Shown here: positions 22,641-36,416 of the stretch, in pieces
Position numbering within the stretch: position 1 is the stretch's first letter
How the letters are laid out: the number at the start of each line of letters is the position of its first letter
From: Octopus vulgaris
Lineage: Eukaryota
Assembly: GCA_951406725.2 (NCBI GenBank)
Contig: OX597837.1
Coordinates: 13,454,001 to 13,518,000, forward strand
Reading direction: 5' to 3'
Length of the DNA stretch: 64,000 nt
Notes under the pieces: model-generated
What the model was told of the DNA's origin: nothing
The model's input: only the letters and a program-made list of their open reading frames with translations
Databases searched by the model: none
Program-made: the position numbers and the translations under genes

Positions 22641-25547
22641 CGAAGCAGCTAAATGTGGTTCATTAAAAACGTTTAAGAGTCGTTAATTATCCACTGTAGA
22701 GTTATTTAAAACCATTTCAATTTAATTTCACAAATGTCATTTGGGATTTTGATTTTTGAAAGTTGGATAATTCTCCAAGAACGCATCAAATTCACTTAAA
22801 TGAGAGATGCTTCTCCATCTCCCATCCCGACCTTCCCCTCTGCTGAACTAGCCTCCATGCTTCCTCTTACGTATTATTATTATCATTATTATTATTACTT
22901 TAATGGTTTACTGCTTTGTGAACTTATTTCTTAGTCATGGAGTGTATATTTCATATTCTCGTTGAGCAAATTTCCTCCTTCCGCCACTCTTATCACGTTC
23001 CTCTCCGACTTCCTTTTCCGCTCATATCCTGGTCCTTATTTCTTCTCCCCGTCAGTCATATCGCATTCCTCTGCAGCTTCTTCCTCGTTTAAAGACTGCA
23101 GGATTTCTCTACTAAGGCGGAACATGACTTATTTTCGGGCCCCGGAATGCAGGAATTCTCTGGAAACTTAAAGGGGTGTGGCTTTTTTTGTTTGTTTGTT
23201 TTTGTTTGGGAGGGGCCCCCACAAATAGTTACTAACCCTCTCTTGGCGCTCCGGGCCCAGACTAATGTATCAGCTGAGCCTCCCCCTTATAAGTCCTGTT
23301 CATATCGTACCATCTTCAGGAGGAACATCTGGGTCGTGGTTTTGATTATCATTTTCGTCATCATTATTTAACATCCATGTTCCATATTGGAATGGGTTAG
23401 ATGGGTTGGCAACATCCGACAAGTCCAAGGATTACATCATGCTTCAATGCCTGCTTTGGCATGGTTTTTGTGGCTGGATACCCTTCCTAACGCCAACCAC
23501 TTTACAGCCTGTATTGGGTGTCTTTGCCATGGCACCAGCCCTAATGAGGTCATCTTGTAGTTTGCAAGACAATGAACCCCGAGGGAAGTGGATTCAGGCT
23601 AGCAGATGAGGAGTTGAAATATTATGGGGCCAGAGTAGAGCAGGTTTCTTGCTGCAGAAGAGTTACATAGTTATTCATATTTTAGAAGAGAGGGTGGGAG
23701 TGAGTGGGTTGGAACTGGAAAGATATAAAGATTGTGATGAGGTGTCTGAGTGGACCTTCAAGGTATGAGGTGAGAAGTGATTGGGAACAAAAGAACCAGG
23801 AGTGTGGATGGGTAGAGGTTGTAAGAGTGTTTGGGAGAGTGAGATATGGGGAATGAGTGAAGGGGGTGATTATAGTGAATAAAAAAGTGTTTTGGGGTCG
23901 AGGGGGTAGGTGATAGCTGTAGAAATTGGGTAGGGTTGAGGGGTGAATTGTTGGGAGGGGACCACCAATGATGCATATGAGTCAGGGAAGATAAGGGAGA
24001 GTAGGTGATGACTGGCAGTACAGAAAAAGGGGTGGGGGTGAAGATCAACTAAATAGTAATGATGATACAACAGACAAGGGAAGTGTTTTGCTCAAGAACA
24101 CAATGCACTGCCAATCTGGGAATTAAAAACCATGATTTTGTAGCCCTGAGTGCAAAACCCCAACCACTAGACCACACGCTTCCACCCAACAGGAAGCAAA
24201 CATTAAAAACTCTTTATAAGTATTAATTTTGATTTGGTGAAGAATAAAGAATTGGCTTTCTGCCAGTGCTTCTGTTTGTGCTGGAGAGGAAGTGTGTATT
24301 ATCTAGGGATTAGTCATTGACTGGTGGACAGCATTTTTTGGTTTTGAGTAACAACCCATTTATAAACCAGACAGTCACAAAGACAACAACAGACTCGCAC
24401 AAAAGTATTCTCACTGCAATGGAGATGTCACAATCTGGTTGTGGCAGAAAAGACATGGAAGTCGTCTTGTAAAGTCTTCTTTATTATTAACTTCTATAGA
24501 TTGACCTCACTCATTGTCCTTCACTTTACTGCCATGTTCCTATGTTTGTATTGCTTGGGCATGGCTTCTCTAGCACAGTGTCTCACTGCTTCTTTCAACT
24601 CATTGTTATCTCCTTTGTGGGGTTTGGCATCCTGAGATTATCCTCTTTTGTAGTTGTATTTCACCTTAATTACTTGGCACTTTTTTTTTTTTACTCAATT
24701 GTCCTCCTTTACATGCCTCATGTCCTGTGGCTTCTCACGGCTCCTTTATTCTGTTGTTATGAAATACACATTCATTTCTACACATTCAGCAGAACATGTC
24801 CACTTCATTTCTTTCCAGCCTTCTCAAATACTTCACATTCAATGTCCATACTTAGGAGAATATTGTCTTAATGACTAGCACATCAGATGTATTGTCTGAT
24901 ATTGAATCAAGACTGTACCATTTGATTGGGAGGGTGCATGGGTTGCTGTAGAATGATGATGGTGTGACAATAGCTTCTCAAGTTTGATCCTACGTTCTTG
25001 GAGTTTTAGACTTTTAATAAATGATTGATAGAAGAATGTAAGCATAAAGCTATACTAAATGCCTGGTTGCATAAAAAAGTTTGAAATGCAATTTGGAACC
25101 TCATCTCTTGAAGAGGCAAGTGGATCATATGTCAAAGAGGTTGGTAGCCCTGATGAAATAACAAATTGGAACAGTTTGAGGGAGGGTTTTGTGCAACCTG
25201 TACCAACAATTAAAGGGAAAAGCATTGAGATGAAACCTACAGTTTGTACCCATCAACCAGTGACAAATGTTACTTTCCTGCTCATAAGAGGTTTTTACTA
25301 TAGGTGTAAGGCCTGAACTTTTGGAGGAGGCTTTTGTCAATTACATTGACTTCTGTGCCCAACTGATGCTTATTTTCTTGACCCTGAAAGAATGAAACGC
25401 AAAGTCCATCTCAGCAGAATTTGAACTCAGAAAAGCTGGCAAAAATGCTGCAAGGCATTTTGTCTTGTACACTAACGATTCTGCTAGCTTGCTGCCATCC
25501 TACTCAGAAAATTAAACTTTTTACCTGCAAATAGTGAACTACATTTA

Positions 25548-25945
25548 AGGGGTGAGGGTAACCATTAACTGCAGTCAGTAGAGTCCCTTCTGGGGTCTAT
25601 TCACTTCATATCTCAACCAAATATATACTGTTCTTACCTTTGCTGGATGATTGAATATAGAACCCTTTCTGAAGTCAGTCCAGTTCATATCTCAACCAAA
25701 TAGGTACCCTTTGCCTTGGCTGGAGAATCGACCATATATATATATATATATATATATTCCTGGTACTTTGAGATAACTGACGAGTTTTCCCTATAATCCG
25801 TTGTTGTGGTGATTACACATTCATTAACCTCAGCTCATGCCTCTATTTTTATTCAGTTCAAACTTGTTTCAGAATTTTGTCAGTTTCAAAACCGGAAATA
25901 ACCTGATGAATGCTGGCAACATTCACTTTCACTCTAGGATAGGCA
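25548..25945 (+). repeat. Unclassified dispersed repeat, copy 2 (internal ~80-bp duplication and (TA)n)
   Basis: cttcatatctcaaccaaat / gttcatatctcaaccaaat occur in tandem; the remainder aligns by eye with 22335-22640. Confidence 0.7.
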
Positions 25946-26130
25946 TGAGAGGTAGGCCCCGAAACGGCGCGCATTCTCTCCTGATGACCCCATACATTTG
26001 CTGGCTTCCGGTATGCGGAGTTTTTGACTGGTCGCACTTGCATGCGCAAGTTGTTTGCAAGACATGTACAATATTATAAACTATCTACTGTAGACATCTT
26101 AAGAATTTATTAACTTTCAAGAGAGGGTGA

Positions 26131-26320
26131 AATACTTCCTTTTTGGAACAGTGGATCTCGAAGCACATCAAGCTATGAGTAACATTGTGTAAACATTGAA
26201 TTTGAAAACCCTTTTGTGGGTTTGTGTCCCATGGGAAGCCTTTGAAAAGGGGTTTTCAAACCAGTATGTAAATGCTATAATTCACGTGCTTTGAGGTCCA
26301 CTGTTCCATGAAAGGATTAT
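26131..26320. mobile_element. Palindromic MITE / foldback
   Basis: ggaacagtggatctcgaagcac / gtgctttgaggtccactgttcc and inner tttgaaaaccctttt / aaaaggggttttcaaa. Confidence 0.8.
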
Positions 26321-26849
26321 CTCCTGTAAAATCAGAGAGAGCATTTCAATTTTGTTTAAACAAAAGCCATTGGGGATTTCATCTTTGAAACCTGAGCTGC
26401 ACTATGGAAGCACATCTAATTCACTTAACTGAATGGGGAAAACTTAAACCTAGCACTTCCACTTAGGGTTCGTAATACAAACAGCACCGAGTGATAACTA
26501 CCGATTGAAACCTCTGAGTGCAAAGAAGAGCTTGGAGCTCCCTTAAAAATTTGAATTTGTCAGTGGAATTGAAGTGGATAGAGAACGGTATCAGCTCAGC
26601 TACAGTTTCTTTTCCAAATCTCCTGTTCATAACAACTTGCAAAATGCATTATTCGAGTGTGCTTAATATCCGCAGTAATTTCAGTCTCCCTCCGCTCTTG
26701 CTGGGAATGTTAAATCTACCTGCTTCAGTCACGCTGATAAGATTACACAATCAGAGCTTAAGCTAGCTAGGTGCTTAGTAACTGGACTATCCCCCTCAAA
26801 ATACATTGCCCACGGCTTTGTATACACTTCCATTCTGGTATACTGGAAG

Positions 26850-27470
26850 TCTTGGCTGTGTGGGTAAGAAGCTGGCTTTACGACTACATGGTTTCGGGTT
26901 CAATTCCACTGTGTGGCGCTTTGGGAGTGTGTGTTCTACAGTAGCCCTGAGTTAGCCAATACCTTGTGAGAGAATATGGTAGACTGAAACTGAAAGAAGC
27001 CTATTAGTATATATATATGTATGTGTGTGTGTGTGTGTGTTTCCCCTCCATTCCACTGCTTGACAACTGGTGTTGGTTTGTTTATGTCCCTGTAACTTAC
27101 TAGTCCAGCCTTAGAAACCGTTAGAATAAGTACTATATAAATAAGTACTGGTGTTGATTCCATCATCATCATCATCGTCGTTTAACGTCCACTTTCCATG
27201 CTAGCATGGGTTGGACAGTTTGACTGTGGGCTGGCGAACCAGATGGCTGCACCAGGCTTCAGTCTTGATCTGGCAGAGTTTCTACAGCTGGATGCCCTTC
27301 CTAATGCCAACCACTCTGAGAGTGTAGTGGGTGCTTTTATGTGCCACCGACATGGAGGGGCCAGTCAGGCGGTACTGACAATGACCTCGCTCGAATTTTT
27401 GACTAAAATCCTTGAAGGTGGTGCCCCAGCATGGCCGCAGTCTAATAATGACTGAGACAAGTAAAAAGAT
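26850..27470 (+). mobile_element. Family B SINE interrupted by an antisense family A copy (27161-27395)
   Basis: The B body stops at ..gttgattc and resumes at gactaaaatccttgaaggtggtgccccagcatggccgcagtc after the catcatc.. insert. Confidence 0.85.
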
Positions 27471-27968
27471 AAGCTGTTGCAGATGTTTCACACTAGAGAG
27501 GTGTTTCTTAAATAGAATCCGCTCTGTTCTCTCGTTTCATTTCATACATTGACTGGTTGCCCAAATTTTCCAGCCTCAATTGCTTATCAAACAAATATTT
27601 GCTAAACAAAAAAAAAAGTTAATCTGATTGCCTGACCTGAATCGGTTCAGGCAATTATCTCATTGCAGTGGCAATTGCAGTGGCTCTACGGTGATTAACC
27701 TTAATGATTTTACTCAAATCTGTTGCCAAAAATGCACGATTGCTCAACCTGCTAGAAAGAACAGTCAGATTCCCCCTCAAGCTGCGCTCTATCGTCTTAA
27801 ACGAAAAATAAAAAGAAAAGAAAACAATTTAGATACTCTGTTTGAAAATATGCTAGGTAGGTCATGGCTAGACTGCTTTGATCATAGATTTACTCAGGTA
27901 CGTAAATATTAATGACCTGTAGGGACAACATATTTTGTTATGCAACCAAAGTATATTAAATGTTTTAA

Positions 27969-28199
27969 GGCCAATAGCTGGCAGAATCGTTAGCACGCCA
28001 GGCGAAATGCCTTGTGGTATTTCGCCCACCGCTGCGTTCTGAGTTCAAATTCCACCAAGGTCGACTTTGCCTTTCATCCTTTCGGGGTCGATAAATTAAG
28101 TACCAGTTTTGCACTGGGGTCGATGTAATCGACTTAATCCCTTTGTCTGTCCTTGTTTGTCCCCTCTGTGTTTAGCCCCTTGTGAGCAGTAAAGAAATA
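27969..28199 (+). mobile_element. Family C SINE, full length
   Basis: High identity to 17282-17512. Confidence 0.9.
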
Positions 28200-28523
28200 T
28201 ATATTAAATGTTTGTGTAAGTCAATACACTGTGTTAACAAAATCAGTCCTGGCTATAATTTCTATGGAAAATCTGTAAAGAGAATTCTAACAAGATTTAC
28301 TCAGGGTTTACTTAGGACTGAACCAGAACAACAGCTCAAAGTAGATCACCTTGGCTGTTTTGCTAATCCGTCTGGTCATGAAGATTTCTGTTTATTTTCT
28401 CAACTATCTCTCCAGTCAGGTGGTGAGTTTTACTCATCAGAATAATAGCAGGCTTTGATTTGCAGCATATGCTGAGTTAGGTGCTAAGAGTGTTGCATAT
28501 GACATACAATCAGCTTTCTAGAA

Positions 28524-28561
<38 letters not shown>

Positions 28562-28747
28562 CAATAAGAAAATGGAGGGGATCAATAGACGGTTCATCAA
28601 CTTTTAGACATTATATTATGTCAATTTATTTATTTACTAAACTGACAATTACAAGAATATTCATACATGTATAACATTATGCTCTACTTATAAAATATAT
28701 TAATATATAAAGATACCAGTAATTATTACAATATAACATATATATAT

Positions 28748-28926
28748 ATATATTTATATATACACATATGACGGGCTTCTTTCAGTTTCCATCCACCAAA
28801 TCCACTCGCAAGGCTTTGTTCGACTTGAGGCTATTATAAAAGACACTTGTTCAAGGTGCCACGCAGTGGGACTGAACCCTGAACTATGTGATTCAAAAGT
28901 AAACTTTTTAACCACTCAGCTATGCC
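28748..28926 (-). mobile_element. Family B SINE 5' half
   Basis: gacgggcttctttcagtttcc..aaggtgccacgcagtgggactgaaccc. Confidence 0.85.
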
Positions 28927-29396
28927 TTTGTCTCCAAATATTAGAATTCTCTTAAAACCCTAAAGTTTTCTAAATAGCTTTGCACACCTACAGACCATCC
29001 ATGACCTGATTGACACGGTGCTGAACGTCCGATTCACCCAATCACAAATTGCTTCGTGTTTATGTTTTCACTTTCCTCCTATGTAAAGTATTTCGTTTGT
29101 GTTTATTGTTTTCCCTTTTGTTTTATTTTATTTGTATTTGTGCGAATGTTTTTCATTTTTTTTCTTTAAAGATATTTTGATTGGAATTTGTTACAACAGA
29201 TAATGGATACTTTACGAATCTGAGGTCAAATTTCATTGATATTGGCTTCATTTTTCATCTCTCCCGTGTCAATAACAATGATTAGTTGGATCCGGTAGAA
29301 CAGCAGATAAAATACCTTGTGGTATTTTGTTTCTCACAATACTGAGTTCAGATCCCACTGAAATTTAGCTTGTTTCTGTGTGATAATATATATACA

Positions 29397-29627
29397 AGTG
29401 GCGAGCTGGCAGAAACGTTAGCACGCCGGGCGAAATGCGTTGCCGTATTTCGTCTGCCGTTACGTTCCGAGTTCAAATTCTGCCGAGGTTGACTTTGCCT
29501 TTCATCCTTCCGGGGTCGATAAATTAAGTACCAGTTACGCACTGGGGTCGATGTAATCGACTTAATCCCTTTGTCTGTCCTTGTTTGTCTCCTCTGTGTT
29601 TAGCCCCTTGTGGGTAGTAAAGAAATA
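29397..29627 (+). mobile_element. Family C SINE, full length, young
   Basis: ggcgagctggcagaaacgttagcacgccgggcgaaatgc..gggtagtaaagaaata, CpGs retained. Confidence 0.9.
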
Positions 29628-29659
29628 AATATATATACAATCGTCATCATTTATACACA

Positions 29660-29985
29660 CACCATCATCATATTAACATCCACTTTTCCATGCTTGCACA
29701 AGTTGGACAGTATGTTGAGGCAGATTTTCTATGGCTGGATGCCCTTCCTGTCATCAACCCTCACCCGTTTTCCAAGCAAAGTAATATTTTCCTATGGCCA
29801 GACATGTTCTCTTAGAATATTGGAAATGAACGACACTGCTTGTGTGACAGGGATGTTCATTTACAACCATCAAGCAATTTTGAGACAAAGAAACACAAAC
29901 ATGGAGCCACTCACAAATTCACATGCACACATACAGTATAGGTTTCTTTCAGTTTCCGTCTACCAGATGCATCAAAAGGCTTCGG
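29660..29985 (-). mobile_element. Family F chimeric SINE (B-type head region, distinct body, A-like (GAT)n tail)
   Basis: Related copies at ~44590-44805, 49175-49545, 53050-53420 and 61765-62146. Confidence 0.7.
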
Positions 29986-30097
29986 ACAGAACACTTCTAT
30001 TTTAGTAAAAGACTATCTTGGATAAAGTAGTCCCATGGTATCTTTACCCATGGAAAGACAGAATGGATGGAATACCACTGACCATAGGCCTGCCTGA

Positions 30098-30318
30098 CCC
30101 CTTAGCATTTAAACCAGTTATATCAGGCCCAAATATTTTACCTGTTTTATGTTCAAACTGGCCGAATCCGGCCTCTCACACCTACCCTACAATGTCATCC
30201 TAAAAATAAACAACCACATCATCAAAATCTCAAAGCTGTGAGATAATGCGGGATTAAATGAAAAACGATGTGAATAATTAATTATTACAGTTGACAGGAT
30301 AATCTGAATACAAAAGGG
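30098..30318 (+). mobile_element. piggyBac-type MITE
   Basis: cccttagcattt...caaaaggg-TTAA; same family as the copies at 38107, 38439, 41498 and 48072. Confidence 0.8.
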
Positions 30319-30530
30319 TTAATCAACCCTCCCACTAACACTCTACACCTTCATTGCCATTATAAAGCCTCCCTTCATACTCATTCCTGTCTAAGCTCTC
30401 CCTCTCTTTGGCTTGCCTGCTCTTTCATTCCTGTCGAAGCTCCTTCTCACTCTAAACAGTATATTGAGGTGTGTCTACGAGACAAATATTTTGCCTGCTT
30501 GTTTTTATTATTGCTTTCATTTCTTTTCAG

Positions 30531-32300
30531 ATCAATTCGTCATAAAGATGTTCCATTGGAGTTTACATTAAAATAATTTTCTAGGAAAGCAACTGCCCCA
30601 TGTAAATACCACCAGTTTTTATACCATCACTGTATTTTTAAAAATAACTGTATTATATATTAGGAAAAAAGAAAAATATCTTTTCATATCATATATTAAT
30701 CATGACTTCTTTCTTTGTGTGTGTGACTTGTAACAATTCTGCATATTCTGCTGTGATTTCTTTTACCGATTGATTAGTGAAAGTGTTTTACAATCAATCT
30801 CCTGTATTAACAAGAATAATAAGCAAGTTGTGCTTCATTTGAACATTTGCCTTCTGTGATGACAAATGCTTTCTTGGTTGGATACTCTTCTTGACTGCCG
30901 GCTTGCTCGATTTTTATTTAAGAATGGAATCTTGTCGGCAAAGCACATTTGTAGCAAGTGTAGTTTTGGCTGTAATATGGTTTGAAGTTTTCAAAATACT
31001 GCTGTGATCCGCCCCCTTTAACCTCAGTTTTTGTGCCTTGTGGTTTGAGTGGAAAGTACTAAAGATCGTTTTGAGTGACAGGCAGTGGTAGTAGCCAGAG
31101 ACAATGTTTTTCGAAAGGCATAAATAAACGTTTCCCTATCTTTGTGAAACCTCACGTCTATGTAAGAAATCCTCAAATATTAATAATGTGTGTTCATTGA
31201 GAAAATAACTTAAGTAAATGTTTTACTGTTTCCATTGCTTTAATTAAACTGAAACGAAAAAAATAACCCACCTGTCTAGTAAATGCAGTACATTTAAAAT
31301 AGCTGTCTATGTATACATTATGTATGATGTATAGATGACTGTTCTAATTTAATACTATCTCAATTGCATATGTAGGATTTTTTTTCAACTGGGCAGCAAT
31401 TCACAACATCAGTAAATGTTTTATTCAATTTCTCCTGTATCTGAGACAACAAATTCTTGTCCAAGCATGTTGCTAACTACAAGAACATGCTATTGAAAAA
31501 CCCCAACAAAGCTGAAATGCAACTGTGTCCCTTGCTGGCCACCACTGGGATAAATTTTCATCTCTCTCTGTTGTTTATTTTTTGAGCATTGCACTTCTAT
31601 CAGAGAGGTTACTTGTGGGCAAATGCCACAATAACTGACCTATCAACAGTTTCTATACATTACGATACACAGACAGCTATTTTTAATTCCATACTGTCTC
31701 AGTTGTGTATACCAGACGATATATTTAGCTAATTAAATCTTCCATGACTCATTGTTTTTAATAGACATAATATATATTAGTGTAGTTTCAGAATGGGTCT
31801 TTTAAAAAATAGGAAAGCGGGGCTTCATCTTTCATTGAAGAGAATAAATGTAGCTTGGTATTGTTTTCAGATGTGCTGGACCTTAAGTTAGGTTTCCAAC
31901 ACAAGATACATTTGTCCTCAAACAAGCCACTATCTCTCACATTCACTGATTTACTAAGTATGTTTATAATGTACAGTAAAAACTCATATTGCAATGATTG
32001 TTTTGCTGTACCTAAGAATATCATGAATATAGGCCTTCATTCTTAAATTAAATGAAATAGAAACTTCAAGTCCAGCATTTTACTATAAGTTGTTTTGAAG
32101 CGATGTCGACAAAAGTGTTAGAATCATCAGTTCAGTAATTCTTTCTCTTTATTGCTTGCAAAAAAAAAAAAAATAAAAGATAATTATGCACTTTTAGGAA
32201 TGGATGTTGATGTGAGTGAGACTACTGCTGTTTGGTGTGTCATCTTAACATGTATTTAATTGACTTGGAAATAAACAGTTGTCAGCCTGTTCCACAAACA
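30531..32300 (+). other. Candidate terminal exon with long repeat-free 3'UTR
   Basis: Strong acceptor tttcatttcttttcag|; one frame gives SIRHKDVPLEFTLK* (stop ends 30576); ~1.7 kb with no SINEs; AATAAA at ~31844, 32172 and 32269 followed by T-rich tracts. Confidence 0.35.
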
Positions 32301-32599
32301 TAAATATCTTCATTGAAAAACTATATATTGTTTATATTTTTTGTTGCAAAATTATATTTTTTGTTCTTTTCTTAGTCTTTTAAGATAACAAAGTGTAATG
32401 TAATGTAATTGAGGTGGTGAAGTTTTAGCTTTTGATTCAGAAATGTAGGCAGTTGCTCTCGAAACGAATATAAAAAGAAATGTAATAATGAATTACTGTA
32501 TTGCTGGTTGGTTCTAGATGCCAATGGACTGGTTAAAAACTGCAGCATGTGTAAATGAAGGCTATCTCTTGACTTCCGCTCAGCCAAAAGGTTTAGTAA

Positions 32600-33110
32600 G
32601 GACTCCCCCACACCCCGACACTTGCTGATGATTTTATCAATGCTCGTTCCTGTGAGGTGGGGGTGGGGTTAGTGTGGGTGTGACAGCAGGTCGGCTGTGG
32701 CTGCCTGGATGTCTGCTGGTTTGGAGATAAGTAGGTTGTATGAAGGGGGGTGGTGGTGCTGTGTGGCACAAATGAGCTTTAGCATTTCTGGCCTAGAAAG
32801 GCAGAAGTAGGGGAATAATAGGGGATGGTAGATAGATTTGGCATGAGCGGAATGGAAAGAAGTGAAGTCAAAAGCAGATAAAAGACAAGACATGGAGAGA
32901 GGATAGTGTGGTCCAGAGAAATAGAGATGGTTCAGGTGATGATGATGGGGGTTGAAGTCTAGGGCAGGTTGGAAGGGTTGATGAAAATGATGGAGGAATT
33001 GAGCTGTAAGGGAGTTGATGTTGATACAACCAGCAAGGTAATGACTAGGGATCTAGCAAATTGAGAGATTTAGGTTTGAACATGACTAACAAGCAGGTTT
33101 GTGTAATTAG
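32600..33110 (-). mobile_element. Possible Penelope-like RT relic
   Basis: LLISKPADIQAA resembles the IIKPADKG motif; strongly degenerate. Confidence 0.3.
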
Positions 33111-33282
33111 GGTCTACAGTAGACCCCTTGAGACTTTTTGGTAGAAATCTTAGACCTTATCATCGATACCCTCCCCCTTTCACCCATCTTATCTCCTCCC
33201 CAATGCAGCATCCTATGGAGCTTCCGTTTCTTCGAATCTGACTCTGTTACTCCCCATACCTTTCCTAAACACCTCCCTTCCT

Positions 33283-33567
33283 TCAAATGGAAATTGTAGT
33301 TGTGATACCTGTGCCGGTGGCATGTAAAAAGCACCATCTGAACATGACCGATGCCAGCGCCGCCTTCACTGGCTTCTGTGCCAGTGGCACGTAAAAAGCA
33401 CCCACTACACTCACGGAATGGTTGGCGTTAGGAAGGGCATCCAGCTGTAGAAACACTGCCAGATCAGACTGGAGCCCGGTACAGCCTCCTGGCTTCCCAG
33501 ACCCCGGTCAAACCGTCCAACCCATGCTAGCACGGAAAACAGACGTTAAACAATGATGATGATGATG
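33283..33567 (+). mobile_element. Family A retroposon (2 hairpin units)
   Basis: Conserved tail ending gttaaacaatgatgatgatgatg. Confidence 0.9.
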
Positions 33568-34715
33568 TGACCTTCTTGTCCATAGTTGTTTCATCCCTTG
33601 CCACATACAACCTGGAAATTTATTTTTCTCTGGCTCCCATTACAACTGTCTCTTCATCCAGAGCATCACCATTTCACACAGGCCTAATTCATCTTCCATC
33701 TTACTAACCAGTTCACTCATACCTCCAAGAGAAATATTTCACTACATAAAATGCCAACATTGTAGATTGCTGTAGTTTGGAGAAAGTGATTGATGCTTGA
33801 CAGATTGTTGTGATGACATCCTTTAGATGTCTGACACAACAACAATCAGCCACTCTGACCTGTGGCCTGTCATTTTAATATTCCCGTCCACACCTATCTG
33901 CATCTTGCCCATCTGTAGTGTTGTTTTACATCTCCTGCATCAAGAACAAATGAAATTAAAGTCAGTTGTATCAAAGAAAAGGAAGGGGGCATGGTTAGTG
34001 ACTTCATTTTCTACTATTTGTTGAGGGAGATTTAGCTGCTCTTTCTACCAGGTGCAACAGCTACAAAGACCGCGTAAGCATTAAGCATAGAGCAAAAGAA
34101 AAAGAATACGAAAGCGAAGTAGAGAATAGCAAAATTGTTAAATGTCAAACGAGAAGCTGAATAATCAGACGTCGAGTGAAAGCGTAGAAGTACTGAAAGA
34201 TGATGCTGCTCTGCACAGACAGAAAAGAGACATCTTAGACTGCATCCAAAAGGAGACCACCCCTACCTGATTGGCAAAGATTCAGTCACCAACATTGTTT
34301 CAATAAGTAGCTCACAGATGGTACCGTTTCTTCTCTCTGCCTGTTTTACTGGTGATATCACGATGGCCTCTGGAGTATGAGATTCTTTTGGCTCTGCCTC
34401 TCTCTTGTTGCTGATTCAACACAGACTTATTCTCATGAAAAATATGTTTTTACATCCATCTGCTATCATGAGTTTATTAGATTCCCTTTTACATAATTCT
34501 CTCTGCCTCTCTCCTTCCCCTCATTCGTTATCTAATTGCTCTTTAAACATTTTAATTCTTTAAATTGCTGTTTACCCAAAAGCTTAACTACAGGCTATGA
34601 TCCTGTTTTATCTAATCCCACAGGTTTACGAATACAAATATTTCGGTGATATTTGAAAAAAAAAAAGCCCATTCAGATACGTATTGGTAAATCATGGACT
34701 CAAACGCTGGTATAT

Positions 34716-35022
34716 ATGTTGTTTGTTCCTTCTCGAGCCATGCCTGGCTCATAAGGGCCGGTTTCCCGGTTTCTTTGGCATATAGGTTTCCCCACCTGGA
34801 TGAGACGCCGGTTCGTTGCAGGTGAACCGCAAGATGCAGGAGGAAAGAGTGAGAGAAAGTTGTGGCGAAAGAGTCAGCAGAAGTTCGCCATTACCTTCTG
34901 CCAGAGTCACATGGAGCTTAAGTGTTTCGCTCATAAACACACACATCGCCCGGTCTGAGATTCGAACCCGCGATCTCTCGACTGCGAGTCCGTTGCTCTA
35001 ACCACTAGGCCATGTGCCTCCA
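34716..35022 (-). mobile_element. Family D tRNA-derived SINE, full length with 15-bp TSD
   Basis: Head tggcctagtggttagagc..gggttcgaatctc; tail gaacaaacaac; TSD caaacgctggtatat (34701-34715) / caaacactggtatat (35023-35037). Confidence 0.92.
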
Positions 35023-35825
35023 CAAACACTGGTATATCGGTTACGTGGTTCCGTTAGCACTCTACGAACCACAAAGTACCACTCACTCATCACCAGGGCT
35101 GTGGAGTCAGAAACAATTACTGACCCCTCCCATTGCCCAAAATATGCAAGGAGGTAAAGTTGACTTCAGTGGGGTTTGACCTCAGAGTGCTGGCAGTCGG
35201 AGCAAATACTTCAAAGTGGTTCAGCCTGACATTCTAAGTAGCCGTATTGAATTCTCTGCCTTCTCACAGTTTCCACAAGGTCTTACTTAAATTTACATTA
35301 ATTCAAGTAAGTCTTTAGATTAGGCCAAGACAGAAATGTCAACAACCCAATTGCGTTGTCAATTCTAATAACAAGTAATTTTGAAATGAATTAATTTTTC
35401 AAACTGCTGTGCTTGATAGCTTCGTTACATAGATTAAATTGCCGTTTAAATATGTCACAATAAAATGAATCCTTGAACCTTGCATTCATATTAATATGCA
35501 AAAAAACAAAAAATTAATCTCGTGATTGAAATCAAAGCTAATCATTTTAAAACTTCCTGTACTTTGTGATCCTTGTTGTCTAGAAAAAGGATTTGGGTTG
35601 TGTTTTTTTAAAAATTCTAAATCGAATCTTTATCTGTCATATTTTACTTGTTTTAGTCATTGGTCTTTGGTCATGCTGGGGCACCACCTTGACTTCAGTA
35701 CTTATTTTGAAAGTCTGATGCATATTTTATTGGTTTCATTTGCCAAACTGCTTAGTTACAGGGATGTAAACAAACCAACACTGGTTGTCAGGCAATTGGG
35801 GTGTAAAAAACAAACACACTCTCTA

Positions 35826-35856
<31 letters not shown>

Positions 35857-36416
35857 TATATAGGGTGCTTCTGCGTCTGTCAATAAAGAACTAATGTGAA
35901 TGTTTAAATGATTAGTAATCAGTGAACTATGAACAGCAAGGCCTCACAAACTGGAAGTTAGAAATCTAACACTTTATATTTTTGATAAGAATTTATACTA
36001 ACTTTCAGAAGATATGCTTCCAGCAGTCTCTCTTTAGTTTTTCTCTCTCCTTCCTGATTTCAATTGAAAGTTCCATGATAACCTGTCTAGAAATGATTAC
36101 TTTCCTATAACGCTACAAAGAAACAAAGTTCGTAGTATTCGGACTTTTGAATTTTGTTTCCAACTGGCAATATATGGACATGGTTGACACACTCTTGTTA
36201 AACCAGTAAGCTACCCAACATTGGGTGTATATATCTTGATAATTCAAGCACTTATTGTTTGACTGTAAAATTTTTTTCACATTCAAAATCATCTTCAGTC
36301 TACAAATTCAAAACACTTATTGAAGAGTACCTTCTCCAAAAAAGAAAAATTATGTAAAATTTCTGCTGCAAGATTATTTTGTGAAATGATTTCTTAATAT
36401 AGATGGATGCATAACT

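Noticed and set aside
22960-23140. Minus-strand acidic mini-ORF (MFRLSREILQSLNEEEAAEEC..)
   Set aside because: 29 codons, no splice support or recognisable homology.
25910-25990. Hammerhead from CTGATGA (~25910) and CGAAAC (~25960)
   Set aside because: No convincing stem II and no UH cleavage site after stem III.
34950-35022. tRNA gene
   Set aside because: It has A/B boxes but continues into a SINE body bounded by a TSD, with no matching acceptor stem or T-run terminator; the same applies to 10617 and 18315.
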